DNA of 64,000 nucleotides from Candidatus Babeliales bacterium (GTDB lineage Bacteria; Babelota; Babeliae; Babelales; Vermiphilaceae): NCBI GenBank assembly GCA_020050795.1, contig JAGVKD010000004.1, positions 384 to 64,383 of the forward strand, read 5' to 3'. Shown piece by piece: positions 9,826 to 19,349 of this stretch (position 1 is its first letter; each line of letters starts with the position of its first letter). The notes under the pieces were generated by a model. It saw only the letters and a program-made list of their open reading frames with translations, ran no database searches and was not told where the DNA came from. The position numbers and the translations under genes were made by a program.

Positions 9826-11859
9826 TTATGATTGTGCTGGAGCAAGAGCTGGTTTCTTCTGGATTTCGCGTTTTTGTTCTTTCAGTTTTATATTTTCGAT
9901 CATCTCTTCTTGACTCTGTGTCTCTGGCGAAATGAGTGCTTTGGCACCGGAGCCAACCACGCCAAGTGCATAGTTACCAGCAACTGGGATTGCAAGGGTC
10001 AGAAATAGGTATGTCCATCCGCTCGGAGTTGCCAAGCTTGCCGCTGCAAAGGTATAGCCAAAGGTGAGTGCGACTGATTTTCCAAAAGTGAATAGGCGTG
10101 TTCCGGTGACATATTGAAAAGCGCGCCACCAGGTGCCACGCGGACCAGGCAAGGTATCTTGAATCTGATCGAAAACACGATTGAGTGAAAGAATTGCGGC
10201 GCGATAAGAGCGGATCACCGTTGTTAAACGATTCACTGCATCTGGTGACAAAATATCATCTTTTAATAGTCCATTATTCTTTTGATCTGTGACGGCAGTT
10301 CGCTCTGTTGGGGTGAAGACAAAAAGTGATTCTGCGCGTGCAAGTTGCTCTTCGTAATTTTTGAAACGTACCATGGTTGCATATTCGATTGGTGCGCCCA
10401 GTGGTTCTGGAAGTTGCTTAAGGAGCGGTACAATGTTGCGTGCGAAAATTTTAAAGCGTTCGCGGTTATTGTGTCCTTTTAATTCTTGATCTTTCATGGT
10501 GTTTAAAAGTGCGATTCCCGCGGCGCTATTGGCATGCGCAAATCCGGCAATGTGATCACTGAGAGTAATCAGCGAGTTGAATAACACTTGAAATGCGGCA
10601 GTGCACTCGCTTGAATCAATGGCAAAACCATAATTGGGATCTTCCACATACGCGGCCAATTGCTGCACAATATTGTCGGCAATAGTTTTGGTGATCTCCG
10701 CATACATTTTGCTCATTATTGTTTCGTTATCTAAAATCTGCGCAGCAACTTTTTCTTGTTCTTCAGCATGTTTTTCTTGAGTGCTGAACATAGACTCTTT
10801 TATAGCAGATTGCGCTTTGGATCGCGCTGCTTCAAGAGGAACATCAACAACGTCACTGACTGCCTTGTAGAGGGCGCCACCTTTTGCGGCTTCTACAACC
10901 ACACGCCCGGCAGCTTTTGTCATATAATCTTGCCCTAATTGCCCACCAATCTCGTAGGCCAAGTTTATAGTTGACTCGAATGATTCTGCTGGATAAAAAT
11001 CAACATTCACCATGCCGGCAGTTGCCCGTGTGAGCGCGTAAGACACACCAAGTCCGAACGCCATTTTTGCCGCAAAGGTTGTGTAGTGTGAAGTGGTCGC
11101 AGCGTCTACTGATTCCGGCATTTTTTCAATAGCGGATGTGAGCATGAGTGAGAGCGTTTGCACCGTGTTTTGATATGCGCCCAAAATAGAGAGAAGACTT
11201 TTTTTAGCTTTTGCTGTTAAAAGTCCGGAAGGAGCGGTTTCTAGTTTCTGGATTGCTTTTGCAAGCAGCTGCGCCTGTTGGTATACCGATTTGATTATGA
11301 CATCGCTCGAATCGGCCAGATTGAATGGTGCTTGGCTAATCAATGGCATAGTGCTTTGGACGAAAGTGCTCCAATCGGTATCTCCCTGAGCGCCAAGTTG
11401 TTGACGTGCAGCCACGAGCGACGCGAGTGCGCCACCGCTGACTCCCTGCGTATTGCCAAGATCGGCAACCCGTTTTTGGAGTGTTAGTGTCAGGTTTGCA
11501 ATTTGGATAAAAAGACTTTCAAATTTGTTGTAGGAATCAATGGTTCCAAGGTCTATTTTTGTGGTCACAGAAAACATAGCTCCGGTGACGGCTGCATGCT
11601 GACGTACAGAAACGGCTTCAGTTGCCAAGATTTCTTCACACTGCATGATTGCTTTGGACAGATCAGGCTTTTGCACTTGTGGTGTGCCCGGTACTGTGCG
11701 AGCTTTCTTTTTTGTCATGGTGGTGCCAAATTGAGATGACTTTAATGCTTTGTAGTTTTCTAGTTGTTTCTTAGTTACTTGCCTTTCGGTCATCCCATGG
11801 ATGGAGCTTGAAAGGCAGGCTATGCCTAGAGTGAGTGAAAAAATTGTCTTTTTGATCAT
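9826..11859 (-). CDS. two-module exported/membrane hypothetical protein (677 aa), distant paralog of 8032..9813
   Basis: Leader MIKKTIFSLTLGIACLSSSIHG|M. Two helical regions, each followed by hydrophobic Gly/Ala-rich segments. The C-terminal module (YRAAILSLNRVFDQIQDTLPGPRGTWW) aligns with YRTLLTNFNEKILMPLKPFLPASNWLTW of the neighbour. Confidence 0.55.
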   Translation of the reverse strand: MIKKTIFSLTLGIACLSSSIHGMTERQVTKKQLENYKALKSSQFGTTMTKKKARTVPGTPQVQKPDLSKAIMQCEEILATEAVSVRQHAAVTGAMFSVTTKIDLGTIDSYNKFESLFIQIANLTLTLQKRVADLGNTQGVSGGALASLVAARQQLGAQGDTDWSTFVQSTMPLISQAPFNLADSSDVIIKSVYQQAQLLAKAIQKLETAPSGLLTAKAKKSLLSILGAYQNTVQTLSLMLTSAIEKMPESVDAATTSHYTTFAAKMAFGLGVSYALTRATAGMVNVDFYPAESFESTINLAYEIGGQLGQDYMTKAAGRVVVEAAKGGALYKAVSDVVDVPLEAARSKAQSAIKESMFSTQEKHAEEQEKVAAQILDNETIMSKMYAEITKTIADNIVQQLAAYVEDPNYGFAIDSSECTAAFQVLFNSLITLSDHIAGFAHANSAAGIALLNTMKDQELKGHNNRERFKIFARNIVPLLKQLPEPLGAPIEYATMVRFKNYEEQLARAESLFVFTPTERTAVTDQKNNGLLKDDILSPDAVNRLTTVIRSYRAAILSLNRVFDQIQDTLPGPRGTWWRAFQYVTGTRLFTFGKSVALTFGYTFAAASLATPSGWTYLFLTLAIPVAGNYALGVVGSGAKALISPETQSQEEMIENIKLKEQKREIQKKPALAPAQS

Positions 11860-12152
11860 GAATTCCCCCTATAATTTCAATTAAACGGTGTTTCTCTGGC
11901 TAGCATGGCAATTGAGCATGGTTGTGCGCAATAATCGGGGTGAAAAATCTGGTTTTAAGGGCATCGATATCTTTTGACTGACAGAAGGCATTTTTATTTG
12001 CACTCTGTTTTGACCTTTTCTCCTAATCTGTTATTCTTTGAATATCCTGATTAAAAGCAAAAATTGGCCTCTTTACCCAATCAACCTGTCCTGATGGACG
12101 AGTACCAAGATTGGGGGGCCCTTAAAACAGTGTGAGAAAGGTTTTTATCGCT

Positions 12153-12590
12153 ATGATAGCAAAAGCGAATAAAGCAGCTCCAGAAGCCAAAAAAAAGAAC
12201 GTTGTGCCTATTGCAGGCGCTGTTGGACGCCGTAAAAAATCGGTAGCGCGCGCATGGCTTCGTCGTGGCAATGGAAGAATCACCGTGAACGGTATGCCAT
12301 CAGAAAAATATTTTGATACGGCGATCACACGCGTGAATGTGGCAAAAGCGTTTGAAGCATGCCCAACTGGCGCTAGCTACGATGTACAAATTAACGTACG
12401 TGGTGGTGGCAAAGTGGGACAATCGGATGCGGCACGCTTGGCGATTGCTCGTGTTTTCGTTGAAAACGATGACACACTACGCCCAGTATTGCGTAAACAT
12501 GGATTACTAACGGTTGATGCACGCGTTAAAGAACGTAAAAAATACGGTCAAAAAGCTGCTCGTCGTAAGTTCCAGTTCGTAAAACGTTAA
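12153..12590 (+). CDS. rpsI: 30S ribosomal protein S9
   Basis: GRRKKSVARAWL...GNGRITVNG... and C-terminus ERKKYGQKAARRKFQFVKR. Start is ATG 12153, or GTG 12132 as in the track. Confidence 0.9.
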   Translation: MIAKANKAAPEAKKKNVVPIAGAVGRRKKSVARAWLRRGNGRITVNGMPSEKYFDTAITRVNVAKAFEACPTGASYDVQINVRGGGKVGQSDAARLAIARVFVENDDTLRPVLRKHGLLTVDARVKERKKYGQKAARRKFQFVKR

Positions 12591-12598
12591 TAGATTTA

Positions 12599-12640
12599 TT
12601 CCGCTGCGCATGATTTGATTCATGCGCAGCGGAATTTTGC
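12599..12640 (+). terminator. rho-independent terminator after rpsI
   Basis: Perfect 14-bp stem ttccgctgcgcatg/catgcgcagcggaa (12599-12612 / 12621-12634), then TTTT. Confidence 0.8.
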
Positions 12641-12665
12641 TGCCCTAAAAAAGGACAAACCGCAC

Positions 12666-14510
12666 ATGTGCAGTGTAGTTGGCTATATAGGCAAGAACTA
12701 CAGTCGGGCGTTTGTAATGGAGGGCCTCGCCCGTTTGGAGTATCGTGGGTATGACTCGGCAGGATTTGCCTGCTTGTCCCCCGAAAGTCACAGGCTTTTA
12801 TATGCAAAAGCTGAAGGGCGACTTTCTAATCTTGCAAAAAAATTCGAACAAACACCTATCGACGGCCATTTGGGCATCGGACACACACGCTGGTCCACCC
12901 ATGGCGTCTCTTCAGAAAATAATGCCCATCCCCACTTTGATTGCGAAAAACGGATTTCAGTTGTCCATAATGGGATAATTGAAAATCACCATGAGCTCAA
13001 AAGCAAGTTGCAGGCGGGCGATCATGTTTTCTACTCTGATACCGATACCGAAATTGTCGCTCATCTTTTTGAATCGCTTCTTCTGACTCATCAGACTTTC
13101 AAGGGTGCGATTGTTGATTTGGTCTCTCAGCTTGAAGGGGCATATGCCTTTTTGGTGCTGATGCAGGATTTTCCCGATCAAATGCTTCTTGTGCGTAAGC
13201 GTTCACCATTGTGCATCGGCATTGGCGATGATGAGATGTTTCTAGGTTCAGATTTACTTGGCTTTGCTGGTCGGACCGATAAGGTTCTTTTTTTGCCTGA
13301 TGAAAGTTTTGCCATTGTAACGCGCGACACCATTCAGCTTTATGATTTTAAAGGCGCAAGTTTGCCTTTGAATGTGCAAACAGTCGATGTGCGTTGGATG
13401 GACTTTGAAAAGCAGGGGCATGAACATTACATGCTCAAAGAGATCCTCGAGCAAAAAAGAGCGATTCATGACACGGTTGGATTTCTCCATGGTGCCAGCG
13501 GACAAATCTGGGATTTGCTCGGTGTGTCGTCTGATTTCATAAAGCAATTACATAAAATTAATTTGATGGGTTGTGGTACTTCATGGCATGCGGCGCGGAT
13601 TGCCCAATTTTTCTTTGAAGAAATCTGCCTGATGCCTGCTCGTGTCCACTTGGCTTCTGAATTTCGCTTCATGCCATTTTTCACCGAAACCAATACATGG
13701 TACATAGCCATTTCTCAATCGGGTGAAACGGCTGATACACTTGAAGCGCTTCGCATGATCAATTCAATGAAGTTGCCTACCGCGACTCTAACCAATGTTG
13801 CCTCCAGCACGATGGTACGCGAGGCGGGTGGCTTTTTGCTCACGCAGGCAGGCCCCGAAGTTGCCGTTGCTTCAACGAAAGCGTTTTCAACGCAGCTGAC
13901 AGCCCTCTACTGGCTTGCGCATCGCATAGCGCTCGAAAAGGGCATTATTAGCGAAAGTGATTTGGGACGTGCAGAGGAAGATCTGCTTGTCGTTGCTGAA
14001 GTGCTCGAAAATACGATTGAAAATTATAAGTTTGATATAGCCAATAAATGGGCAAAACAATACGCCCATTATAAAAGAGCAATTTTCTTGGGGCGCCACA
14101 CGAGTTATCCATTTGCTATGGAATCAGCACTCAAGCTCAAAGAAATTGCCTATATTTTTTCTCAGTGCTATCCAGCGGGTGAACTCAAGCATGGGCCGCT
14201 TGCATTGGTTGATGCAGAAACACCTATCTTTTTATTTTCCCATCAGGATGAGTTGATCTATCAGAAATTGCTTTCGAATGCGCAAGAAGTGAAGGCGCGT
14301 GGCGGCCATTTAATCATTTTTGCCTTTGACGGACAAACGGAACTGATTGAATTGGCGAATCTTGTTTTTGTGATTCCGAGAGTCAAACCGCTGCTTGGGC
14401 CATTGGCCATGACAGGGTTGATGCAATTCTTTGTGTATTCTATTGCGAAAGAATTAGGTTGTGCGATCGATAAACCACGCAACCTTGCAAAATCGGTGAC
14501 GGTAGAATAG
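12666..14510 (+). CDS. glmS: glutamine--fructose-6-phosphate aminotransferase
   Basis: Starts MCSVVGYIG (catalytic Cys2). Two SIS domains (ISQSGETADTL), C-terminus ...NLAKSVTVE. The track start at 12615 lies inside the rpsI terminator. Confidence 0.95.
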   Translation: MCSVVGYIGKNYSRAFVMEGLARLEYRGYDSAGFACLSPESHRLLYAKAEGRLSNLAKKFEQTPIDGHLGIGHTRWSTHGVSSENNAHPHFDCEKRISVVHNGIIENHHELKSKLQAGDHVFYSDTDTEIVAHLFESLLLTHQTFKGAIVDLVSQLEGAYAFLVLMQDFPDQMLLVRKRSPLCIGIGDDEMFLGSDLLGFAGRTDKVLFLPDESFAIVTRDTIQLYDFKGASLPLNVQTVDVRWMDFEKQGHEHYMLKEILEQKRAIHDTVGFLHGASGQIWDLLGVSSDFIKQLHKINLMGCGTSWHAARIAQFFFEEICLMPARVHLASEFRFMPFFTETNTWYIAISQSGETADTLEALRMINSMKLPTATLTNVASSTMVREAGGFLLTQAGPEVAVASTKAFSTQLTALYWLAHRIALEKGIISESDLGRAEEDLLVVAEVLENTIENYKFDIANKWAKQYAHYKRAIFLGRHTSYPFAMESALKLKEIAYIFSQCYPAGELKHGPLALVDAETPIFLFSHQDELIYQKLLSNAQEVKARGGHLIIFAFDGQTELIELANLVFVIPRVKPLLGPLAMTGLMQFFVYSIAKELGCAIDKPRNLAKSVTVE

Positions 14511-14861
14511 TTACTGAAGGTTGTTATTGTCTTCTTTGGCCTGTTCTCGGGCCTGATAATCGGCAAGCAATTTTGTTGTGATGTCTTGTTTCTCTTCTGA
14601 ACGAAGTCTTTTGCCCTGAGCTTCTTGAGCTTCTACCATCATTTGAACTTCTCTTTTTATAATAGTTGCGTCCACAGTGCCAGCGTTGAGGGCTTCTCGG
14701 ACAGCCTGATCAGCTGGGCTATAGACCATATCCATTATCGTATCTGCCCGGTTAGCTATGCTGCCAAACGAATCATTTCTGTTGTGAAAATTCATACTTT
14801 GCACGTTGCCAAATCCAGCACACGCCAGGATTATTCCCAAGGCGATTAGTCTTTTATTCAT
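14511..14861 (-). CDS. small leader-bearing hypothetical protein
   Basis: MNKRLIALGIILACAGFGNVQS|MNFHN. ATG at 14859-14861 is preceded by AGGATGAGG. The track start at 14990 is an unlikely extension. Confidence 0.5.
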   Translation of the reverse strand: MNKRLIALGIILACAGFGNVQSMNFHNRNDSFGSIANRADTIMDMVYSPADQAVREALNAGTVDATIIKREVQMMVEAQEAQGKRLRSEEKQDITTKLLADYQAREQAKEDNNNLQ

Positions 14862-15051
14862 CCTCATCCTCCATAAAAAATAAACGACTACTTTCAATAA
14901 TAATAAAAATAATGCGCAAATCAAACGCCCCCAAGGGCATTCTATTAACCACAAAGGTAGAAACTGTTCTTTGTGATTTTCGTGTTTCATGTACCTATTC
15001 TATTGAGAGTCGGGGCCTCAATGCGCTAGCATGCAAAAAAAGGAGGATTTC

Positions 15052-15756
15052 ATGAAACTAGCATTGCGCCATTATGCAGCCGGATTATTTATTCTCAGTA
15101 TTTTATTATATGTGCCGCTTTCAGAGGGGCTTGCTTTGATTAGCCAGAATGCTCAATTTGATCTGGATCTGGCTGAGATCAAAGCAACTATCGTGAACGC
15201 CCGCAAGGCGGTTTTTGGCAGAGAGAATCTTATTCTTGAGCCGATAATGCCGCAGCAGGAGCGAGTATGGCGGCAAATGTTGGAGGGATCGGGAGAGCAA
15301 CTAGGCCTGAAAGGTTTTGTCGATAGATATGCTTCGCGGTTCTCTGAGGATTATGTAACGCTTTCCCATGCAAGCACTATGCTCATTAATACGCTCAAAG
15401 TTATTTTTAATCGATATGTGCTTGCGGCCCTCAGGCATCCAGATCATTTTCAGGCGGGACTTGAATGGCCGGATCCTAAAAAAATTAATTTAGAGACGCT
15501 CGACCTCAATGGGATTGATGCGCAGCTTAAAAAAATAGAAATGGCACAAGAAATGATTGAAACTATGCGCCAGGAATTGAAAGGGCGTTGGTTTGTGTTT
15601 GGTCGCCATGCGGCGGTGAAAGATGTACTTCTCAAGTTGGAGAATATGCTCGCGGTGGTTATGGAAAAATCGCGTGCTGATTATAAGATTTTGAAATCCA
15701 CGTGTCAGGAGTATGCAGTGGACCACAGCGGAGTGCGGCGGCCGCGTGTGCGTTAG
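15052..15756 (+). CDS. hypothetical protein with N-terminal membrane anchor/leader
   Basis: AGGAGG lies 6 nt upstream of ATG 15052. MKLALRHYAAGLFILSILLYVPLSEG...; no domain recognised. Confidence 0.5.
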   Translation: MKLALRHYAAGLFILSILLYVPLSEGLALISQNAQFDLDLAEIKATIVNARKAVFGRENLILEPIMPQQERVWRQMLEGSGEQLGLKGFVDRYASRFSEDYVTLSHASTMLINTLKVIFNRYVLAALRHPDHFQAGLEWPDPKKINLETLDLNGIDAQLKKIEMAQEMIETMRQELKGRWFVFGRHAAVKDVLLKLENMLAVVMEKSRADYKILKSTCQEYAVDHSGVRRPRVR

Positions 15757-15779
15757 TTTGAAAGTTATGCTCTAAAGAG

Positions 15780-15812
15780 AAAGGCACCCGGTTTGGGCGC
15801 CTTTCTTTATTT
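15780..15812 (+). terminator. rho-independent terminator
   Basis: Stem gaaaggcaccc/gggcgcctttc with one mismatch, followed by TTTATTTT. Confidence 0.5.
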
Positions 15813-16095
15813 TATCCCCGGAAATCTCGGGGACTATTCGCTTGCTATCGGTTGGGCATATTGGTCTGTTTCCATACTTCTTCTTGGTGGTGTCCAGTGA
15901 GAAAGTAGGAAAATCATAACGAGCAACATCCCTGAACAGACAGTTACCGATAAGCGATATTTTCTTTTGCGGGTCATATATCCTCATGACATATTAGGGA
16001 CCATGTCCCACATAATGTTTAGTATGCGCCAGTTTTTGGCCGTGTCAATTGGGTAGCTATGCAACGCGAAACATTCGAATCCTATTGGTTAATTA

Positions 16096-16758
16096 CTATG
16101 GTCTATCCCATGCATCCATACCTTCCCGACACAGTGGACAGTCAAACAGTTTTGTTTTTATCATACTTCTTTTACACTCTCGGCAGATTGTATGTAAACA
16201 TTCGATGCTTGTCAGGCGATGCTCGCGCGGTTGTTTGGGTTCCAAACATACGGCACATTCCTCTGCTTGTCGGGCAATACTGTTTCTGAATGTTCTGATG
16301 AACTCTCTATCCATGCATGATATTAACAAAGAGTGGTTGCCACCAGGTGCTATTTCTCGTGGGTTGGCACCATGACTGAGAAGCTGCGCCATTGAACGAC
16401 TACAATCGGCCAGACCTGCATACATGAGGGGTGTCAATCCCGATCCATCCCGTTCATTTGGATTCATACCTCGATCAAGCAAAGATTGCACCACACGCCA
16501 AGCGCCATTGCCTGCCGCAACGTGCAATAAGTTTCGCTTTCTTCTTCCGGTAGTTATTTTTCTTAGATCAACTAGTGGTGCAAATTGACGAAGGATATGC
16601 GGCTTGTTTTTTTTGCTGGCATCGCATATCTTGGCGGTTATTTTTTTGAGCATCAATAATGAATCTTTTTTATCCTCATTTTTGTGCTTTGATGCAAAAA
16701 GGGTTGCTTGTGAAAGCACAAGCAACCCGAAACAAGACCAGATTATATGTTTCAACAT
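16096..16758 (-). CDS. ankyrin-repeat + C3HC4 RING-finger protein with signal peptide (eukaryote-like E3 ligase candidate)
   Basis: Leader MLKHIIWSCFGLLVLSQATLFA. ANK repeats: NLLHVAAGNGAWRVVQSLLDRGMNPNERDGSGLTPLMYAG...LLSHGANP. RING (16129-16257): C-x2-C-x15-C-x-H-x2-C-x2-C-x11-C-x2-C. Confidence 0.8.
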   Translation of the reverse strand: MLKHIIWSCFGLLVLSQATLFASKHKNEDKKDSLLMLKKITAKICDASKKNKPHILRQFAPLVDLRKITTGRRKRNLLHVAAGNGAWRVVQSLLDRGMNPNERDGSGLTPLMYAGLADCSRSMAQLLSHGANPREIAPGGNHSLLISCMDREFIRTFRNSIARQAEECAVCLEPKQPREHRLTSIECLHTICRECKRSMIKTKLFDCPLCREGMDAWDRP

Positions 16759-16798
16759 GGCTATTCCTCTTTTTTAAATTAAAGAAACAGCCTTATTA

Positions 16799-18253
16799 TT
16801 ACAGCTTAATTTCCTGGATGTCCAGTGTATCATTGGTCAAATGATTCTGTTTTAAAAATATAATAGCATGAGCACGATCGCACACTTTGGCAGGACAGAT
16901 CTCGTGGAAAGTAGCCAAAAGATTTGCCAAACTGATAGTGTCACGAAGTTGATTATCTGTTTGCAACATTTCTTTCGCACGTTCAGACCAACGAGATGGT
17001 TCTTTCTTCTTGGCTTCAGCTTCTTTCTCTTCTGCTTTGTGTGCCTGAATATAATTGTTGAGTGTTTGCTCACGGCCATAAAATTTGGTGAACCATTGCA
17101 TTTGTTCTGTTGGTGGAAATGAACGTTCTACCAAAAAGTCTGGTTCAATTCCGACGCCCTGGATTGTAGTGTCATTAGGCAGATAATAGAGCGAGGTGGT
17201 AATTTTAATTGCGCTATTATTGCCCACAGGAATCACTTCTTGCACTGATCCTTTACCAAATGTTTTTGTTCCGACTAAGAATACTTTCAGACCCTTGTCT
17301 CCGCTTAAGGATTCCGAATGCATTTTCAGACACCCAGCCAAAATTTCTGCAGCAGAAGCAGAGTAGTTATTAATCAGAATGAAAATTGGCACCGAGCCTT
17401 TTGCAATTGGATTTCGAGTAGTGTGATAGCCGGTGATGACATTATTATTTTTATCTTTCGTGGTAACAACCAAACTTCCTTTTGGCACAAAGAGGCCAGC
17501 GATATCGATTGCAGCACTTAATAGACCACCAGAGTTGTTGCGCAGATCAAGAATGAGTGCTTTGTATTTGTGCTTGTTTGCTTTATTGAGTAGTTCTTCG
17601 ATTTGTTTAACCGCATTTTCGGTGAACATATTCAGCGATAAATAAGCTATGTTTTGATCTTGAATAAAGAAGCTCAATGAATTTTGTTCTTTGACTACAT
17701 CGCGCACAATGTCGAAAGGAAGCAGATCTTGTTGTTTGTCTCGTAATATTTTTACGTGCACTTGGGTGTTACGTTGGCCTTTTAATTTTGCAGTTGCCAT
17801 ATCGGTGCTCATACCTTCGAGCGGGTTGCCATCGATCTCCATAATTTTGTCGAGTGGTTTGACTCCCGCCTTGTCTGCCGGACCCTCGGGAATGGTGTCG
17901 ACGATAGTCAAAAATTTATCTTTTTGTTTGCGCGTGTTATCGATCACAATACCAACGCCAAAAAACTCACCGCTTGTAGATTCAATCATTGATTTATAGG
18001 TATTGGGATCTAAGAAGTTTGAGTGAGGATCAAGCGTGTTCAAAAAACAGTTGATGGCATTGATCATGGCTTGTTCGGTGTAGGCAGTGTTGTAATGTTT
18101 TTCACTGGCATATTGCATCACTTGCGCGAAGGTTCGAGTCCAATCGTAGGCAACTTTTTCAAAATCACTTGGATTTATTTTTTTAGTTTCCTCTGGTGTC
18201 TTTGCATTCATGGTAGTGCTGATCAGAATTGTCAGCAATAGACTGTTACGCAT
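16799..18253 (-). CDS. C-terminal processing peptidase, family S41 (PDZ-containing)
   Basis: GVGIVID, PDZ-like PADKAGVKPLDKIMEIDG, RNNSGGLLSAAIDIAG, SASAAEILAG, GTKTFGKGSVQ; N-terminal leader. Confidence 0.85.
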   Translation of the reverse strand: MRNSLLLTILISTTMNAKTPEETKKINPSDFEKVAYDWTRTFAQVMQYASEKHYNTAYTEQAMINAINCFLNTLDPHSNFLDPNTYKSMIESTSGEFFGVGIVIDNTRKQKDKFLTIVDTIPEGPADKAGVKPLDKIMEIDGNPLEGMSTDMATAKLKGQRNTQVHVKILRDKQQDLLPFDIVRDVVKEQNSLSFFIQDQNIAYLSLNMFTENAVKQIEELLNKANKHKYKALILDLRNNSGGLLSAAIDIAGLFVPKGSLVVTTKDKNNNVITGYHTTRNPIAKGSVPIFILINNYSASAAEILAGCLKMHSESLSGDKGLKVFLVGTKTFGKGSVQEVIPVGNNSAIKITTSLYYLPNDTTIQGVGIEPDFLVERSFPPTEQMQWFTKFYGREQTLNNYIQAHKAEEKEAEAKKKEPSRWSERAKEMLQTDNQLRDTISLANLLATFHEICPAKVCDRAHAIIFLKQNHLTNDTLDIQEIKL

Positions 18254-18366
18254 ACTCGTCCCCTTTTTTTGTGGATGCGCCTTTTTCCCTTCTTAAATAA
18301 AAGCGCATTCTTGCGTTCAGTGTCAACAAACATGCTACAGTACAAGCAAATAGTAAGGAGGAGCGA

Positions 18367-18657
18367 GTGATGGAGATGAAACAAGTTCGCAGGTTAACCT
18401 TGCGTGTATTATTTATGGTTGAAATCGTTGGATTTTCCTATCTGTATTTTTTAGGACAGGATGGATTGCGTACGGTCAAAAAACTTGAGGTGGAACGGGA
18501 TGTGATTGCGTCCCGCGTTGAGCATATGAAATTGGATATTGCATCACTCAATCGAGACATTGATGTCTGGCAGAAAGATCCGTTCTATAAAGAGAAGTGT
18601 GCCCGTGAACAATTGCACATGGCTCGTCGGGACGAAGAAATTTATTACACAACCTAG
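18367..18657 (+). CDS. septum formation initiator family protein (FtsB/DivIC-like)
   Basis: About 95 aa with an N-terminal TM, a coiled coil and the ...KDPFYKEKCAREQLHMARRDEEIY signature. Confidence 0.6.
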   Translation: MMEMKQVRRLTLRVLFMVEIVGFSYLYFLGQDGLRTVKKLEVERDVIASRVEHMKLDIASLNRDIDVWQKDPFYKEKCAREQLHMARRDEEIYYTT

Positions 18658-18697
18658 TATGCTAGACTGTGTTTTTTAAATAAACATGAGGAGCACT

Positions 18698-19312
18698 ATG
18701 AAATTCACTCTCTACGATCTTCCCTATGCCTATGGCGCGCTTGAACCATATATCGATGCGATGACTATGGAGATTCACTACACAAAGCATTATCAAGCAT
18801 ACCTGACCAATCTCAACACAGCGTTGGAAAAATATCCTGATTTCCAAACATGGTCTGCTGATAAATTAGTTGAGCAGGTCAAGCAGCTTCCTGAAGGCCT
18901 TCAAACTCCTGTGCGCAATAATGGTGGTGGTTTTATAAATCACACATTTTTCTGGCAAATTATGTCACCCGATGGTGGCGGTGAGCCGCGCGGCAAAGTG
19001 GGCGAAGAAATTAAAAAAATATTCAGTTCATTTGCGGCATTCCAAGACCAATTCAATGCGGAAGCGAAAAAAGTATTCGGCAGCGGTTGGGCATGGCTTG
19101 TGGTGGATAAAAACGGCAAACTTCAAATTATCTCAACTCCCAATCAAGATTCTCCATTGATGCAGGGCATTCGTCCGATTATGGGACTTGATGTCTGGGA
19201 ACATGCCTATTATCTGAAATATCAAAATCGTCGTCCTGATTATATCAATGCATGGTGGCATGTCGTCAATTGGCAACAGGTTCAGGAAAATTGGGACAGA
19301 TTGCACGAATAA
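18698..19312 (+). CDS. Fe/Mn superoxide dismutase
   Basis: [25 protein letters not shown] and [23 protein letters not shown] upstream of ATG 18698. Confidence 0.9.
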   Translation: MKFTLYDLPYAYGALEPYIDAMTMEIHYTKHYQAYLTNLNTALEKYPDFQTWSADKLVEQVKQLPEGLQTPVRNNGGGFINHTFFWQIMSPDGGGEPRGKVGEEIKKIFSSFAAFQDQFNAEAKKVFGSGWAWLVVDKNGKLQIISTPNQDSPLMQGIRPIMGLDVWEHAYYLKYQNRRPDYINAWWHVVNWQQVQENWDRLHE

Positions 19313-19349
19313 ACGCTTTCGATAAGCGTATAAAAAAAGGAAGAGTAGT

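Noticed and set aside
12615-12665. N-terminal extension of glmS in the ORF track, and the possibility of a glmS ribozyme
   Set aside because: GlmS must begin with Met-Cys (MCSVVGY, ATG 12666). The extension runs through the rpsI terminator hairpin. Only about 25 nt separate the terminator from the ATG, which is too short for a glmS ribozyme.
15772-15987. 71-aa minus-strand ORF in the 340-nt spacer between 15052..15756 and the ANK-RING gene
   Set aside because: It has no leader, RBS or recognisable motif, and it overlaps the terminator of the upstream plus-strand gene. I treat it as noncoding.
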